Positions 28,168 through 37,226 of a stretch of 64,000 nucleotides of DNA are shown here, piece after piece. The notes under the pieces are model-generated. The model was not told the DNA's origin. It worked only from the letters and a program-made list of their open reading frames with translations, and searched no databases. Numbering within the stretch: position 1 is the stretch's first letter; each line of letters begins with the position of its first letter. This stretch comes from an uncultured Poribacteria bacterium (GTDB lineage: Bacteria > Poribacteria > WGA-4E > WGA-3G): assembly GCA_958296135.2 (NCBI GenBank), contig CATQHZ020000001.1, forward strand, positions 1,248,001 to 1,312,000. Direction: 5' to 3'. A program made the position numbers and the translations under genes.

Positions 28168-29784
28168 TTACCACTCGCTATTGAGGAATCGGAAGCCGGT
28201 TGTCCAGCGCCGTTCGTCAGTCACATTTTCCACACCGAGGAGCAGTTCGCCGTGTCGGAAGAGCCGAATCGCTAGTTCGGTGTTCAGTTCCGGGGAATTG
28301 CCAGTCAATCCAACGCCTTCGATGCTGATGCCGAGTCGTCGCGATAACAGCGAGAGTTCGAGTCCTGCGCCGACTTTGGAGCGCATGAATCCGGCGTGCG
28401 CCCGAAGGAAGTTTGTGACATCGTACGCGTACTGAAATTCATAAGCAATCTTTTCGTTCCGGACACCTAACCCGATTCGGTAGTGTGAGTTTGGCTGCGG
28501 TGATAAGGAGAAGGCGAACTCGTTGTGCAGGTGTCGCTGCAGCCCCGGTGCGATGTCTGCTTGCAAACTTTGCCCTAAATAACGGAGTTCATAATCCCAT
28601 TCCAGTTTTGGCAATTCAAAACTTTTCAATTGCTGTCGGGTTTGTTGTGAGAGGGCTTGCACCGCTGTCATTGTTTTGTCGATGTTGTTCAGGGTGCGGC
28701 GGGCATCCTCAAGGGGTTCTGTCGTGTTGATGAGTTGCGCGACGGTGCCTTCGCCTTCTTGTACTGTCGTCAAAAGCCGATTGATGTTCTCTTCCAATGC
28801 GGTGAAGGCGGCGGTTGTCGCCTGCAGGTTCTCTAATATCGGTGCGATGTTTGCCTCTCCTGTATCAATTGCGTTGCTTCCCTGCGCGACAAGTGCGGAG
28901 ATATCGTTGGACAAAGCGTCAAAGTTGCTCCGAGATTCCCTTGTTATCTGCCGAAATTCCGCCGAGCTCGTCTTGATGTCCGTTAAAATACCGTTCAGTT
29001 TTGGCGAATTCTGGTTGATGAGCCTGAGCAGTTCTCGCGAGATGTCGCTAATTTGACTGCTCACCATCAAGGAGTCGCCTTCCAATTGGCTGAGCAGGCG
29101 GTTCGCTTTCAGGAATGTCTGCTGGAGACGTTTGTCATTATCAAAGGCGAGTTGCATCAACGCATTAACAGTCTCTTCCGAATCGACGGTGAGTTTTTCA
29201 ATAGTTCGGGCAGAGAGTGCGACCAGGGCTCGTATCTCTTTAATGCCGAGTTCGATGGATTCCTGATTGGCTTGCAGGAGTTCGTTCGCCGCTGTTGTGA
29301 GTTCGATAGCTTGCGTCATGCCCGCGCTTGTCTGTTCCAGCAGTTCGAGCGCGTTCACCGGGTCCTTCCCGACAATGGGCAGGTCTTCGGGAGTTAAGGT
29401 GTGGTTTCCGATGGGGCCGTTGTCAAGCGCGATGTAAACCTCGCCGACGAACCCGTTCATGGAGATTCTGGCACCACATCCTTTTCGCAGCCATTGAAAC
29501 CCGTTTTTGACTTTCGCCAGAATTTCAACGTTGTCGGCCTCCGGCTGCAGTTTGATACTCGTCACTTTCCCGATTGGTACGCCGGATAAGTAGACACCTG
29601 CGCCGATGTAGAGTCCGCTAACGGAGCTGAATTCAAAGCTCATTTCGTCGCCTGAGGTTGCCCAGGGCCAATTTTCTGCATTTGTGAGGAGGAGTACGAG
29701 TAATATTGCGGCGATGACGAGCATTGCGCCGACTTTAACAGATGGGCTCCAAAATTTCATAAAGCGAGTTCTCCGCGCGTTCAC
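28168..29784 (-). CDS. mlaD: MlaD/MCE family protein with a long helical region
   Basis: N-terminal TM, SGLYIGAGVYLSGVPIGKVTSI, GEGTVAQL. Confidence 0.85.
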   Translation of the reverse strand: MNARRTRFMKFWSPSVKVGAMLVIAAILLVLLLTNAENWPWATSGDEMSFEFSSVSGLYIGAGVYLSGVPIGKVTSIKLQPEADNVEILAKVKNGFQWLRKGCGARISMNGFVGEVYIALDNGPIGNHTLTPEDLPIVGKDPVNALELLEQTSAGMTQAIELTTAANELLQANQESIELGIKEIRALVALSARTIEKLTVDSEETVNALMQLAFDNDKRLQQTFLKANRLLSQLEGDSLMVSSQISDISRELLRLINQNSPKLNGILTDIKTSSAEFRQITRESRSNFDALSNDISALVAQGSNAIDTGEANIAPILENLQATTAAFTALEENINRLLTTVQEGEGTVAQLINTTEPLEDARRTLNNIDKTMTAVQALSQQTRQQLKSFELPKLEWDYELRYLGQSLQADIAPGLQRHLHNEFAFSLSPQPNSHYRIGLGVRNEKIAYEFQYAYDVTNFLRAHAGFMRSKVGAGLELSLLSRRLGISIEGVGLTGNSPELNTELAIRLFRHGELLLGVENVTDERRWTTGFRFLNSEW

Positions 29785-30569
29785 CGGTCGCGTTTCCCGA
29801 TAAATTCTTGCAAGACCGGGTTCGCCATGTTGAGAATTTGATCAGGTGCGCCAAACAAGATGAACTGCTGCAAAATGGGGTCATCGTTGTTGATAATCTC
29901 ATCGGGGTTTCCGTAGGCAATCTGCTTGCCTTCGTGTATCATTGCCATCCGTGTTGCGACGCTGAACGCGCTGTGCATATCATGCGTCACGACAACAGAG
30001 GTGACTTTCAGTTTTTCGTGCAAGTCACGTATGAGTTGATTAATTTCGTTGCACGTGACCGGGTCTAGTCCGGTTGTCGGTTCATCGTAGAAGATGACTT
30101 CGGGGTTAAATGCGAGTGCGCGCGCCAGTCCGACGCGTTTGCGCATTCCCCCGCTCAGTTCTGCTGGGCGCAATTCCTGCACGCCTTCTAAATCGACAAG
30201 ACTGAGTTTCTCATCGACAATCTTCCGCATTTCGGCGTGGGTTAATTTCGTGTGCTGGTCCAACATAAAGGCGATGTTTTCTGCGACAGTCATTGAATCA
30301 AACAGTGCTGCCGACTGGAACAGCATGCCGATTTTTCGGCGAATGGCGTTGAGTTGTTTTGCGTTGAGTTGTGAGATTTCGGTGCCGTCAAACCAAATCT
30401 CGCCGGCATCAGCGGCGAGGAGCCCGGTGATAATTTTCAGCAGGACGCTCTTTCCGCATCCGCTTCGGCCCATGATGACGAGCGTTTCGCCGCGCGGTAT
30501 CTCAAGGCTCAGCCCGTTTAGGACGCTTTTTCCCCCGAAATTCTTCCAGATGTTCTTAACAAGAATCAT
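29781..30569 (-). CDS. mlaF: ABC transporter ATP-binding protein, MlaF/Mkl type
   Basis: GRSGCGKS, GMLFQSAALFDSMTV, LSGGMRKRVGLARA, DEPTTGLDP. Confidence 0.9.
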   Translation of the reverse strand: MILVKNIWKNFGGKSVLNGLSLEIPRGETLVIMGRSGCGKSVLLKIITGLLAADAGEIWFDGTEISQLNAKQLNAIRRKIGMLFQSAALFDSMTVAENIAFMLDQHTKLTHAEMRKIVDEKLSLVDLEGVQELRPAELSGGMRKRVGLARALAFNPEVIFYDEPTTGLDPVTCNEINQLIRDLHEKLKVTSVVVTHDMHSAFSVATRMAMIHEGKQIAYGNPDEIINNDDPILQQFILFGAPDQILNMANPVLQEFIGKRDR

Positions 30570-31390
30570 ACCCACCCCAAGATGTTAAACAGAATGTGGT
30601 TTAAAATAAAATCGAGAACCAAGATGGCTATCAGGGAGATGACAGCGGAGCCTGTTGTCGCTGTGCCGACTCCCTCTGCGCCGCCTGCAGTGGAGATGCT
30701 GAACCCTTTGTAGCACCCGACTGCGGCGATTGCCATTCCGAAGGAAGTCGCCTTGATGAGGCTGACGAGGACGCTTGCCACGAACAGATTCCTTTGGACT
30801 TCCAACAGGAAGAAGTGGCCGTTGACATCAAAGAGTGACACCACGGCGATAAACCCGCCTGCGATGCCAGCGAACGTTGAAAATATCGTGAGCGTTGGCA
30901 GCATAATGGCACAAGCGAGGAACCGAGGCACAACCAGATATTTGACTGGGTTTGTGCCCATCACTTCTAGTGCATCGATCTGCTCTGTCACCTTCATCGT
31001 TGAGAGTTCGGCGGTGATTGACGCGCCGATGCGCCCCGCGAGCACAAACGCCGTAATCATTGGGCCGAGTTCTTTCACTACGGACACACAGACGAACCGC
31101 GCGACCGAACCCTCTACGGCAAAAGGTTTCAACTGAATGTAGCCTTGGATGCCCAATACCATCCCGGTGAAAAATCCGGAGACGAGCACGACGGCAAGTG
31201 AGTTGAATCCGACTAGCAGTAGTTGCTTCGTCAGCAGATCGAACTGAAGGGGCGGCCGGAAGATTTGAACGAGCGTCTGGAAGAACAGTGTCCATGCCTG
31301 TCCTATCTCGGAGAGCGTGTTGTGCAACCGGTTTTTGAGCAACATCCGAAAACCGCCTGATGATTCGTCTGTAGAGGCGTGATGATTCAT
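30566..31390 (-). CDS. mlaE: MlaE family ABC permease
   Basis: KELGP, AGRIGASITAELSTMKVTEQIDAL, GGAEGVG. Confidence 0.92.
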   Translation of the reverse strand: MNHHASTDESSGGFRMLLKNRLHNTLSEIGQAWTLFFQTLVQIFRPPLQFDLLTKQLLLVGFNSLAVVLVSGFFTGMVLGIQGYIQLKPFAVEGSVARFVCVSVVKELGPMITAFVLAGRIGASITAELSTMKVTEQIDALEVMGTNPVKYLVVPRFLACAIMLPTLTIFSTFAGIAGGFIAVVSLFDVNGHFFLLEVQRNLFVASVLVSLIKATSFGMAIAAVGCYKGFSISTAGGAEGVGTATTGSAVISLIAILVLDFILNHILFNILGWV

Positions 31391-31404
31391 AGGTTTTGGG
31401 GTGG

Positions 31405-32742
31405 CTAATAATTGATATTATCGAACCGCATCTGCTTTTTTGTGAAGTAGAGGACGACGGTGCCGGTGGCGCCATTACGCTGTTTCTTAATGAGCAGGTG
31501 CGCCTCAACCCGCTCGTCCGCCTGTTCCTCCTCTTGGTAATAGTCTTCTCGGTACAAAAAAGCGACCAGGTCTGCGTCTTGTTCGATCGCGCCGGATTCC
31601 CGCAAATCAGAAAGTTGTGGCTGTTTATCAGGTCTGCGTTCTACTTCGCGGCTGAGTTGCGAGCAGGCGACAATCGGGACGTTTAATTCCCATGCGAGTA
31701 CTTTCAGCGAGCGTGAAATCTCCGAAATTTCCTGTTCGCGGGAGTTGTATCTGCCTGTCCCCCTGAGCAGCTGCAGGTAGTCGACGATAATGAGTGCGAG
31801 GTCTTCGTGTTCGCCTTTCAACCGTCTGCCTTCGGCACGCAATGCCTGTATTGTGAGCCCCCGGTTGTCGTTAATCAAGATAGGTGCTTCGGCGAGGCGG
31901 CTTGCGCCTTCGGTGAGGGGCCGCCAATAATCTTCGCTGAAGTTTCCCGTTCGGAGCCGTCCGAAATCTATCTGTGATTCGGCGGAGAGCATCCGCATCA
32001 CAATGTCTTGCGCGGGCATTTCAAGGCTAAAAATAGCAACGGGCCGGGCTTGTTCCAAGGCGATGTTCTGTGCCATATTCAGCACTAACGTCGTTTTTCC
32101 CATACTGGGCCGTGCGGCGATGATGATGAAATTGCCGGGCTGTAATCCGGATGTCATCACGTCGAAATCCATGAAACCGGTTGGAACGCCGAGGAACCGT
32201 TCCTCTTTGTGGAACAACTTTTCAATTTCGTCGATGCTCTGTGTGAGTAAGGGCCGGATGCGGGTAAAACCGCGTTGCGCGTCCGTTTGCCCTAACTCAA
32301 AGACTGCCTCCTGCGCTTGGTTCATGACATCGGCCAGTTCGACATCTTCGTCCATCGCGAGGTCCCGAATCTGCGAGCTGGCTTGCATGAGGCGGCGGCG
32401 CGTCGCCTTTTCGTGCAGAATTTCCGCGTAGAACTCGGTGCTCTCTGTCTCCACGATCGGTGCCTGCAGTTCGTAGAGATAGTCCGTGCCCCCGGTGCGG
32501 TTTAGTTGGTTTGTCCGATTCAGTTCGTTCGCAACGAGAAGCGGATCTGCCTGACTCACACGTTCGTAAACTTCAAGGATTGCGGTGTAGATAAGTTGAT
32601 GGTCTGTGGTGAAAAAGGCTTCGGACGTATGTCCTATCAGTGCGATGACGCGCGGGATAACGGATTTCTCTGTCATCATCGCGCCGAGCACGGCGCGTTC
32701 GGCTTCCATGTCGGAAAGATGTTCAACCGGTTCTGCCTGCAT
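31405..32742 (-). CDS. dnaB: Replicative DNA helicase
   Basis: AARPSMGKT, VDYLQL, SQLSR, DLRESGAIEQDAD, KQRNG; no intein. Confidence 0.97.
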   Translation of the reverse strand: MQAEPVEHLSDMEAERAVLGAMMTEKSVIPRVIALIGHTSEAFFTTDHQLIYTAILEVYERVSQADPLLVANELNRTNQLNRTGGTDYLYELQAPIVETESTEFYAEILHEKATRRRLMQASSQIRDLAMDEDVELADVMNQAQEAVFELGQTDAQRGFTRIRPLLTQSIDEIEKLFHKEERFLGVPTGFMDFDVMTSGLQPGNFIIIAARPSMGKTTLVLNMAQNIALEQARPVAIFSLEMPAQDIVMRMLSAESQIDFGRLRTGNFSEDYWRPLTEGASRLAEAPILINDNRGLTIQALRAEGRRLKGEHEDLALIIVDYLQLLRGTGRYNSREQEISEISRSLKVLAWELNVPIVACSQLSREVERRPDKQPQLSDLRESGAIEQDADLVAFLYREDYYQEEEQADERVEAHLLIKKQRNGATGTVVLYFTKKQMRFDNINY

Positions 32743-32902
32743 ACTTCCCCTTAGCGTTCATTAGACCTCATCAACCCTTGTAACGCGGGATTGTCTGAAG
32801 TTTCAGAATACCCCGTAGGAGAGACATCTTTGTCCCGATGCGTGTGGTATCAAGACCGGGAGGTCTCTCCTACCGAGGATTTTGCCCTACAGGAGCGCAG
32901 CG

Positions 32903-33355
32903 TTATTCTTCGCTTTCGCGTTCAACGACGACTCGCAATTCGACGACGACATCTGCGTGTAGTTTTACTGGCACCATGAATACGCCGAGTTCGCGAATCG
33001 GTTCGCCCAGGTCAAAGACGCGCCGTTCCAATTCAAAGCCCTCGGTGCGCAGTGTCTCTGCGATATCGGTAGTGGTAACGGAGCCGAAGAGCCGGTCATT
33101 CTCGCCAGCGCGTCTGCGGAGGTTACACGTAACGCCGGCGATTTGTCCGGCGATTTCGCGGGCGCGTTCCCGGTCTTTCGAGACTTGGTGATCGATGAGC
33201 CGTTTCTCGTGCACCAGTTGCTTACGATTCCGTTCGGTTGCATGCACCGCCAGCTGCATGGGCAGGAGGTAGTTACGGGCGTAGCCGTCTGCAACCTTCA
33301 GGACATCGCCCGGCACGCCGAGCCCTTCAACGTTTCTTTTCAGAATTATTTCCAT
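32903..33355 (-). CDS. rplI: 50S ribosomal protein L9
   Basis: VADGYARNYLLP, LFGSVT. Confidence 0.97.
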   Translation of the reverse strand: MEIILKRNVEGLGVPGDVLKVADGYARNYLLPMQLAVHATERNRKQLVHEKRLIDHQVSKDRERAREIAGQIAGVTCNLRRRAGENDRLFGSVTTTDIAETLRTEGFELERRVFDLGEPIRELGVFMVPVKLHADVVVELRVVVERESEE

Positions 33356-33400
33356 AATTAAATCAATTCCTATTTCGGCGGCGAGGTGCGGGCTTGATTG

Positions 33401-33490
33401 AAGATGTCCCTCCTACCGGCATGCGGTATCGGGCCAGGGATGTTCTGCCTACCGGCATGCAATATCGGGACAAGAATGTCCCTCCTACGG
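33401..33490. repeat. Three degenerate REP-like units of the same family as 3575-3779
   Basis: Units ending GATGTCCCTCCTAC or variants, period about 36 bp. Confidence 0.75.
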
Positions 33491-33533
33491 CAATATCTTC
33501 ATCAAAGCGCGCCTATCGGCACCGCCGCCTTGC

Positions 33534-33734
33534 CTATCGTGTGAACGGTAAGAGTGCCATGTTCCGTGCACGTTTGATGGCGCGCTTCACCATGCGCTGT
33601 TGTTTCGCGGAGAGCCCCGTGATGCGGCGGCCCACGATTTTTCCGCGCTCGTTAATAAATTTTCTCAGCGTATCCACGTCCTTGTAATCGACAGATTCAA
33701 GTTTGCTGAAACGCTGTCTTCTGCGGAATGCCAT
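33534..33734 (-). CDS. rpsR: 30S ribosomal protein S18 (no Zn-binding cysteines)
   Basis: [27 protein letters not shown]. Confidence 0.96.
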   Translation of the reverse strand: MAFRRRQRFSKLESVDYKDVDTLRKFINERGKIVGRRITGLSAKQQRMVKRAIKRARNMALLPFTR

Positions 33735-33824
33735 AGAAATGTTCTCCTGTGAGTGGAGCGTCGGGCGCGCTGTGTGTGCACGTCCGACGCTGAATACGCG
33801 GGCGGCTATTCGCCGTCCGAACGA

Positions 33825-34283
33825 TTAGAACGGGATGTCGTCCTCTGTTGCTGAGGGCGCGCCCTGTGGTGGAGCGGGTGCTTGGGCAGTCGGTGCGGCT
33901 GCGGGCGCGGCATCGGCATATCCACTGCTGCCCATTTCGTCGCCATCGCGCCGGCCACCGATAAGTTGCAGCCGAAAAACTCTGACTCGAAGGCGGCTGC
34001 GCTTCGTCCCATCGTCTGCCTCCCAAGAATCGAATTTGAGAGACCCATCGATGAAAACAGGGCTGCCTTTCTGCAGATATTCGTTCGCGATTTCCGCTTG
34101 TCGCCCCCAAGCCTCTATGTCAACAAAGCAGGTGTTATCCTTCTGCTCGCCTGTCTCCCGGTCGGTGTATCGTTCATTCATCGCGAGGCCAAAGTTCGCG
34201 ACGGAGGTGCCGCTAGGGAGATATTTCAATTCGGGATCACGGGTGAGGTTCCCCATGAGAATGACCCGGTTGTAGCTTGCCAT
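33825..34283 (-). CDS. ssb: Single-stranded DNA-binding protein
   Basis: NRVILMGNLTRDPELKY; C-terminal DDIPF. Confidence 0.97.
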   Translation of the reverse strand: MASYNRVILMGNLTRDPELKYLPSGTSVANFGLAMNERYTDRETGEQKDNTCFVDIEAWGRQAEIANEYLQKGSPVFIDGSLKFDSWEADDGTKRSRLRVRVFRLQLIGGRRDGDEMGSSGYADAAPAAAPTAQAPAPPQGAPSATEDDIPF

Positions 34284-34406
34284 GATTTCTCCTCTCTTCA
34301 ATTTCGTGCGTAACAAGACAGGGTTTGTCCTGTTCGCAAAGTTTAGGATGGTGCGTGTTTGGTTAACGTGCTGTTGTATTTTCAGCCATCACCACCCCCG
34401 ACGTTC

Positions 34407-34721
34407 CTATTCGGCGGCACTCTTCAGTTTCTCAACGTCGCCCTCGTGGTGGACGATCATGTGCCGCATAATCGCTTCGATGACTCGCAGCGATTGGTTG
34501 AGTTCCGCGATGAAGCTGGGCGCGCTCTCAAAAATGTAAAGCACGTAGTAGCCTTCGGTGCGTTTCTGAATCGGATAGGCGAGCCGTTTCTTGCCCCAAG
34601 GGTCTAGCTTGAGGAGTGTCCCGCCCTTTTCGATGATACCCTGCACAGTCGCTGTCAGAGCCTCTGCTTCACTTTCATCCTGGTCGGGCGTGATGATAAG
34701 CAGGAGTTCATAAGGTTTCAA
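34407..34721 (-). CDS. rpsF: 30S ribosomal protein S6
   Basis: YELLLII, WGKKRLAYPIQK, EGYY; probable TTG start after GAGG. Confidence 0.93.
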   Translation of the reverse strand: MKPYELLLIITPDQDESEAEALTATVQGIIEKGGTLLKLDPWGKKRLAYPIQKRTEGYYVLYIFESAPSFIAELNQSLRVIEAIMRHMIVHHEGDVEKLKSAAE

Positions 34722-34727
34722 AATGAG

Positions 34728-34800
34728 ATGCCTCTCTTCGGACTGATGGCTCCACTGTTGCAGCACAGAAAACAGGCTGTCACAGAGAGCAGAGATTAAT
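34728..34800 (-). ncRNA. Probable S6:S18 ribosomal protein autoregulatory leader
   Basis: Directly upstream of rpsF: TCTCTGCTC...GAGCCATCAGTCCGAAGAGAGG, with an outer stem able to sequester the SD; resembles known rpsF leaders. Confidence 0.5.
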
Positions 34801-34972
34801 TGATGATGTCCGCCGCGTTTTGCGCGGGGAACATTCACTTAACTTTGGTAACACAATTATATCACATTTCGATCTGAGATGTCAACCTAAAATCGCTTTT
34901 TTGGCAGAAAACAGACCAGAACATGATAATTACATATATTTTAACACATTTTGAGGTACGTGTCAAATTTTT

Positions 34973-35809
34973 TTAGTTTGTCCGCCGCGTGTAAGCAGAA
35001 GTATGCGGTGGCAAGAAGAACGGGCGTTTTGCGATAAGCACCTCTCTCCGAATTCTTTCTGCCAGCGTTTCCACTCCGACTTGCGGGGCGGTTGCGAGCC
35101 CGTATTTCTCCAGCAGGGGGAGTAGACTCTCAAAAATCGTCGCCATGTAGCGATAGCCGGCCCACGTTTCAGCTGCGCCGACCGGGGATTCCAAGTGCAT
35201 AGTTGGTTCCGGCAATCCTGCTTCAACGAATGCGCGGTAGAGTCCGATTCCGGTGTCCAAATGCGCTCTGGAAGCCTTAAACACCTCCACAATCCACGCG
35301 ATGAGTTGGTTCATCAGCGGCGTGTCTGGATGTGCTAGCGCGGGGTAGATTGTGTATTCAGGTTCCTGAAACGCGACGATGCCGTCGGGCCGGAGGTGCG
35401 TGACGAGGTGTTTTAACGCATCGCCCGGATTGGCCATATACATCAACACGAACCTGCCGGTGAGTACGTCAAAATCGTTGGAGAGGTTGAGTGTGCGGGC
35501 GTCGCCTGCGATGAATTCGACGTTTGTTATCCCGGCCGCCTTGGCGCGCTTGCGTGCGGTTCCCAGGATAGTGGGGTTGACATCCACGCCGACGACGCGG
35601 CCCTTTTCTCCGACGAGTTTGGCGACAGTGAGTGCTACGTCGCCTGCACCGCTGCCGATTTCCAACACCTTCATGCCGTTTGCGATGCCAGCTGCTTCTA
35701 GGAGCCGCTTCGTTGAACCGCCATAGATTTTCGACTGCTCGATGAGCCGTGTGGTTTCGTGCTGCGTTCTGCCTAAAGTATAGATAGCATCGCGGGTTGA
35801 GTTGTTCAT
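34973..35809 (-). CDS. Class I SAM-dependent methyltransferase
   Basis: VLEIGSGAGD, FDVLTGRFVLMY, LRPDG. Confidence 0.9.
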   Translation of the reverse strand: MNNSTRDAIYTLGRTQHETTRLIEQSKIYGGSTKRLLEAAGIANGMKVLEIGSGAGDVALTVAKLVGEKGRVVGVDVNPTILGTARKRAKAAGITNVEFIAGDARTLNLSNDFDVLTGRFVLMYMANPGDALKHLVTHLRPDGIVAFQEPEYTIYPALAHPDTPLMNQLIAWIVEVFKASRAHLDTGIGLYRAFVEAGLPEPTMHLESPVGAAETWAGYRYMATIFESLLPLLEKYGLATAPQVGVETLAERIRREVLIAKRPFFLPPHTSAYTRRTN

Positions 35810-35824
35810 GAGACGTTCAAATCC

Positions 35825-36661
35825 TTATCTTGGGAGCACTGCGTATGCGGTGACGTGCGGCGGCAGCAGGAGCGGCCGTTTTGCCGAGACAACTTCCGCG
35901 CGCAACCGTTCGGCTAACGTGTCCACATTTACCTCCTCGGCGGTTGCAATGCCGTATGCCTCCATGAGCGGCAGGATGCTCCGGATACTATTCGTGAGGA
36001 ATTCGTAACCCGGCCAGGCAGCGGGCCCGCCCATAGGTGTCTCAAAATGGAGGGTAGGTTCAGGCAGCTCCGCGTCAACGAAGGCACGGTAAAGGGCGAG
36101 GCCCATGCCGATGTGTGCCCCGGACTGCTCAAACACGGCGATGGCGCACTCAGTCAGTTTATTGACGAGCGGTGTCTCTGGATGCGCGATGGCGCGGTAG
36201 AACGTCAGTTCGATTTCCTGAAAGGCGGCGATGCCGCCGGGACGTAGATGCGCGGCTAACTGCTTCAACGCATCGCCCGGGTCTGCCATGTACATCAGGA
36301 CCAGCCTGCCGACGATGGCATCAAAATCGTTGGGCAGCTCGAGTGTGCGGGCGTCGCCTGCGATGAATTCGACGTTAGTGGCCCCTGCTGCATTTGCTCG
36401 GGCGCGTGCCGTTTGAAGGAGCTCGGCGTTCACATCTACGCCGATGACGCTTCCGCCGGTTCCAACAAATTCGGCAAGCGTCAGTGCCACGTCGCCTGCG
36501 CCGCTGCCGATGTCAAGGACTTTCATCCCCTTCTCAATGCCGGCTGCGGTGAGAAACCGCCGAGTCACGCCGTCGTAGAGTTGCGACTGTTCGATTAAAC
36601 GTTTGGTTTCCGCGTCGCTGTGGCCCATGGTGTAGTCTGCGTCTTGGGTTTGGTTTTCCAT
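35825..36661 (-). CDS. Class I SAM-dependent methyltransferase (tandem paralog)
   Basis: VLDIGSGAGD, FDAIVGRLVLMY, LRPGG. Confidence 0.9.
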   Translation of the reverse strand: MENQTQDADYTMGHSDAETKRLIEQSQLYDGVTRRFLTAAGIEKGMKVLDIGSGAGDVALTLAEFVGTGGSVIGVDVNAELLQTARARANAAGATNVEFIAGDARTLELPNDFDAIVGRLVLMYMADPGDALKQLAAHLRPGGIAAFQEIELTFYRAIAHPETPLVNKLTECAIAVFEQSGAHIGMGLALYRAFVDAELPEPTLHFETPMGGPAAWPGYEFLTNSIRSILPLMEAYGIATAEEVNVDTLAERLRAEVVSAKRPLLLPPHVTAYAVLPR

Positions 36662-36821
36662 TGGTTTACCTCCTGATTCAAGCGAGTCTATTTATTACGA
36701 CTTACGCGGAACCAATCCGGTTGGCGCGCTTTGAAATCGCGCCAACTGAACAGATGTTTTAGGAGTTTGCGTAAGTTTTATTTATTTTACCATATCTCTT
36801 GGCGAATGTCAAATTTTTCCC

Positions 36822-37058
36822 TGGCGATTCAGTTGTCCCGTTTCTGTCGTTTGCGCTCGCCCCAGCGCAAACAGGTCTGGCTCAGATAAAGTTTCAGTAT
36901 GAAATCGGGCAGCCCGCCAGCGGAAACGCTGCCGCGCTCTGCCCGCCAGTAGATTTTCCGCAGGAAAAAAATAACCGATTCATTCGTTCCTGCCCTATAG
37001 GGAGGTGCCCTTGTCGATTTTCACGGGTGACATCAAAGTGGGGAACTAAATCGTCCTG
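36822..37058. mobile_element. MITE-like non-autonomous element
   Basis: Ends CGATTCAGTT / AACTAAATCG; perfect 9-bp flanking direct repeat ATTTTTCCC (36813-36821 and 37059-37067). Confidence 0.7.
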
Positions 37059-37067
37059 ATTTTTCCC

Positions 37068-37096
37068 TTGACAAAACATTTTTCTTGCTATATACT
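37068..37096 (+). promoter_or_regulatory. Sigma70-type promoter
   Basis: TTGACA-17 nt-TATACT; a divergent TTGACA-17 nt-TAAAAT lies on the minus strand at 36812-36784. Confidence 0.65.
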
Positions 37097-37226
37097 ATAA
37101 AGATAGGGTAAAATAAACGTGACACCTTGATTTGATTTGAAGTCCCACAAAGATAACTGAAGGGCGGCTCCGTGATTCAGCGTCGCCTGCATTTTCTCGC
37201 CGCTGGCGAGTCGAAAAGATAGGACA

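Noticed and set aside
31405-32742. Intein in DnaB
   Set aside because: The length is normal (445 aa) and the helicase motifs are contiguous.
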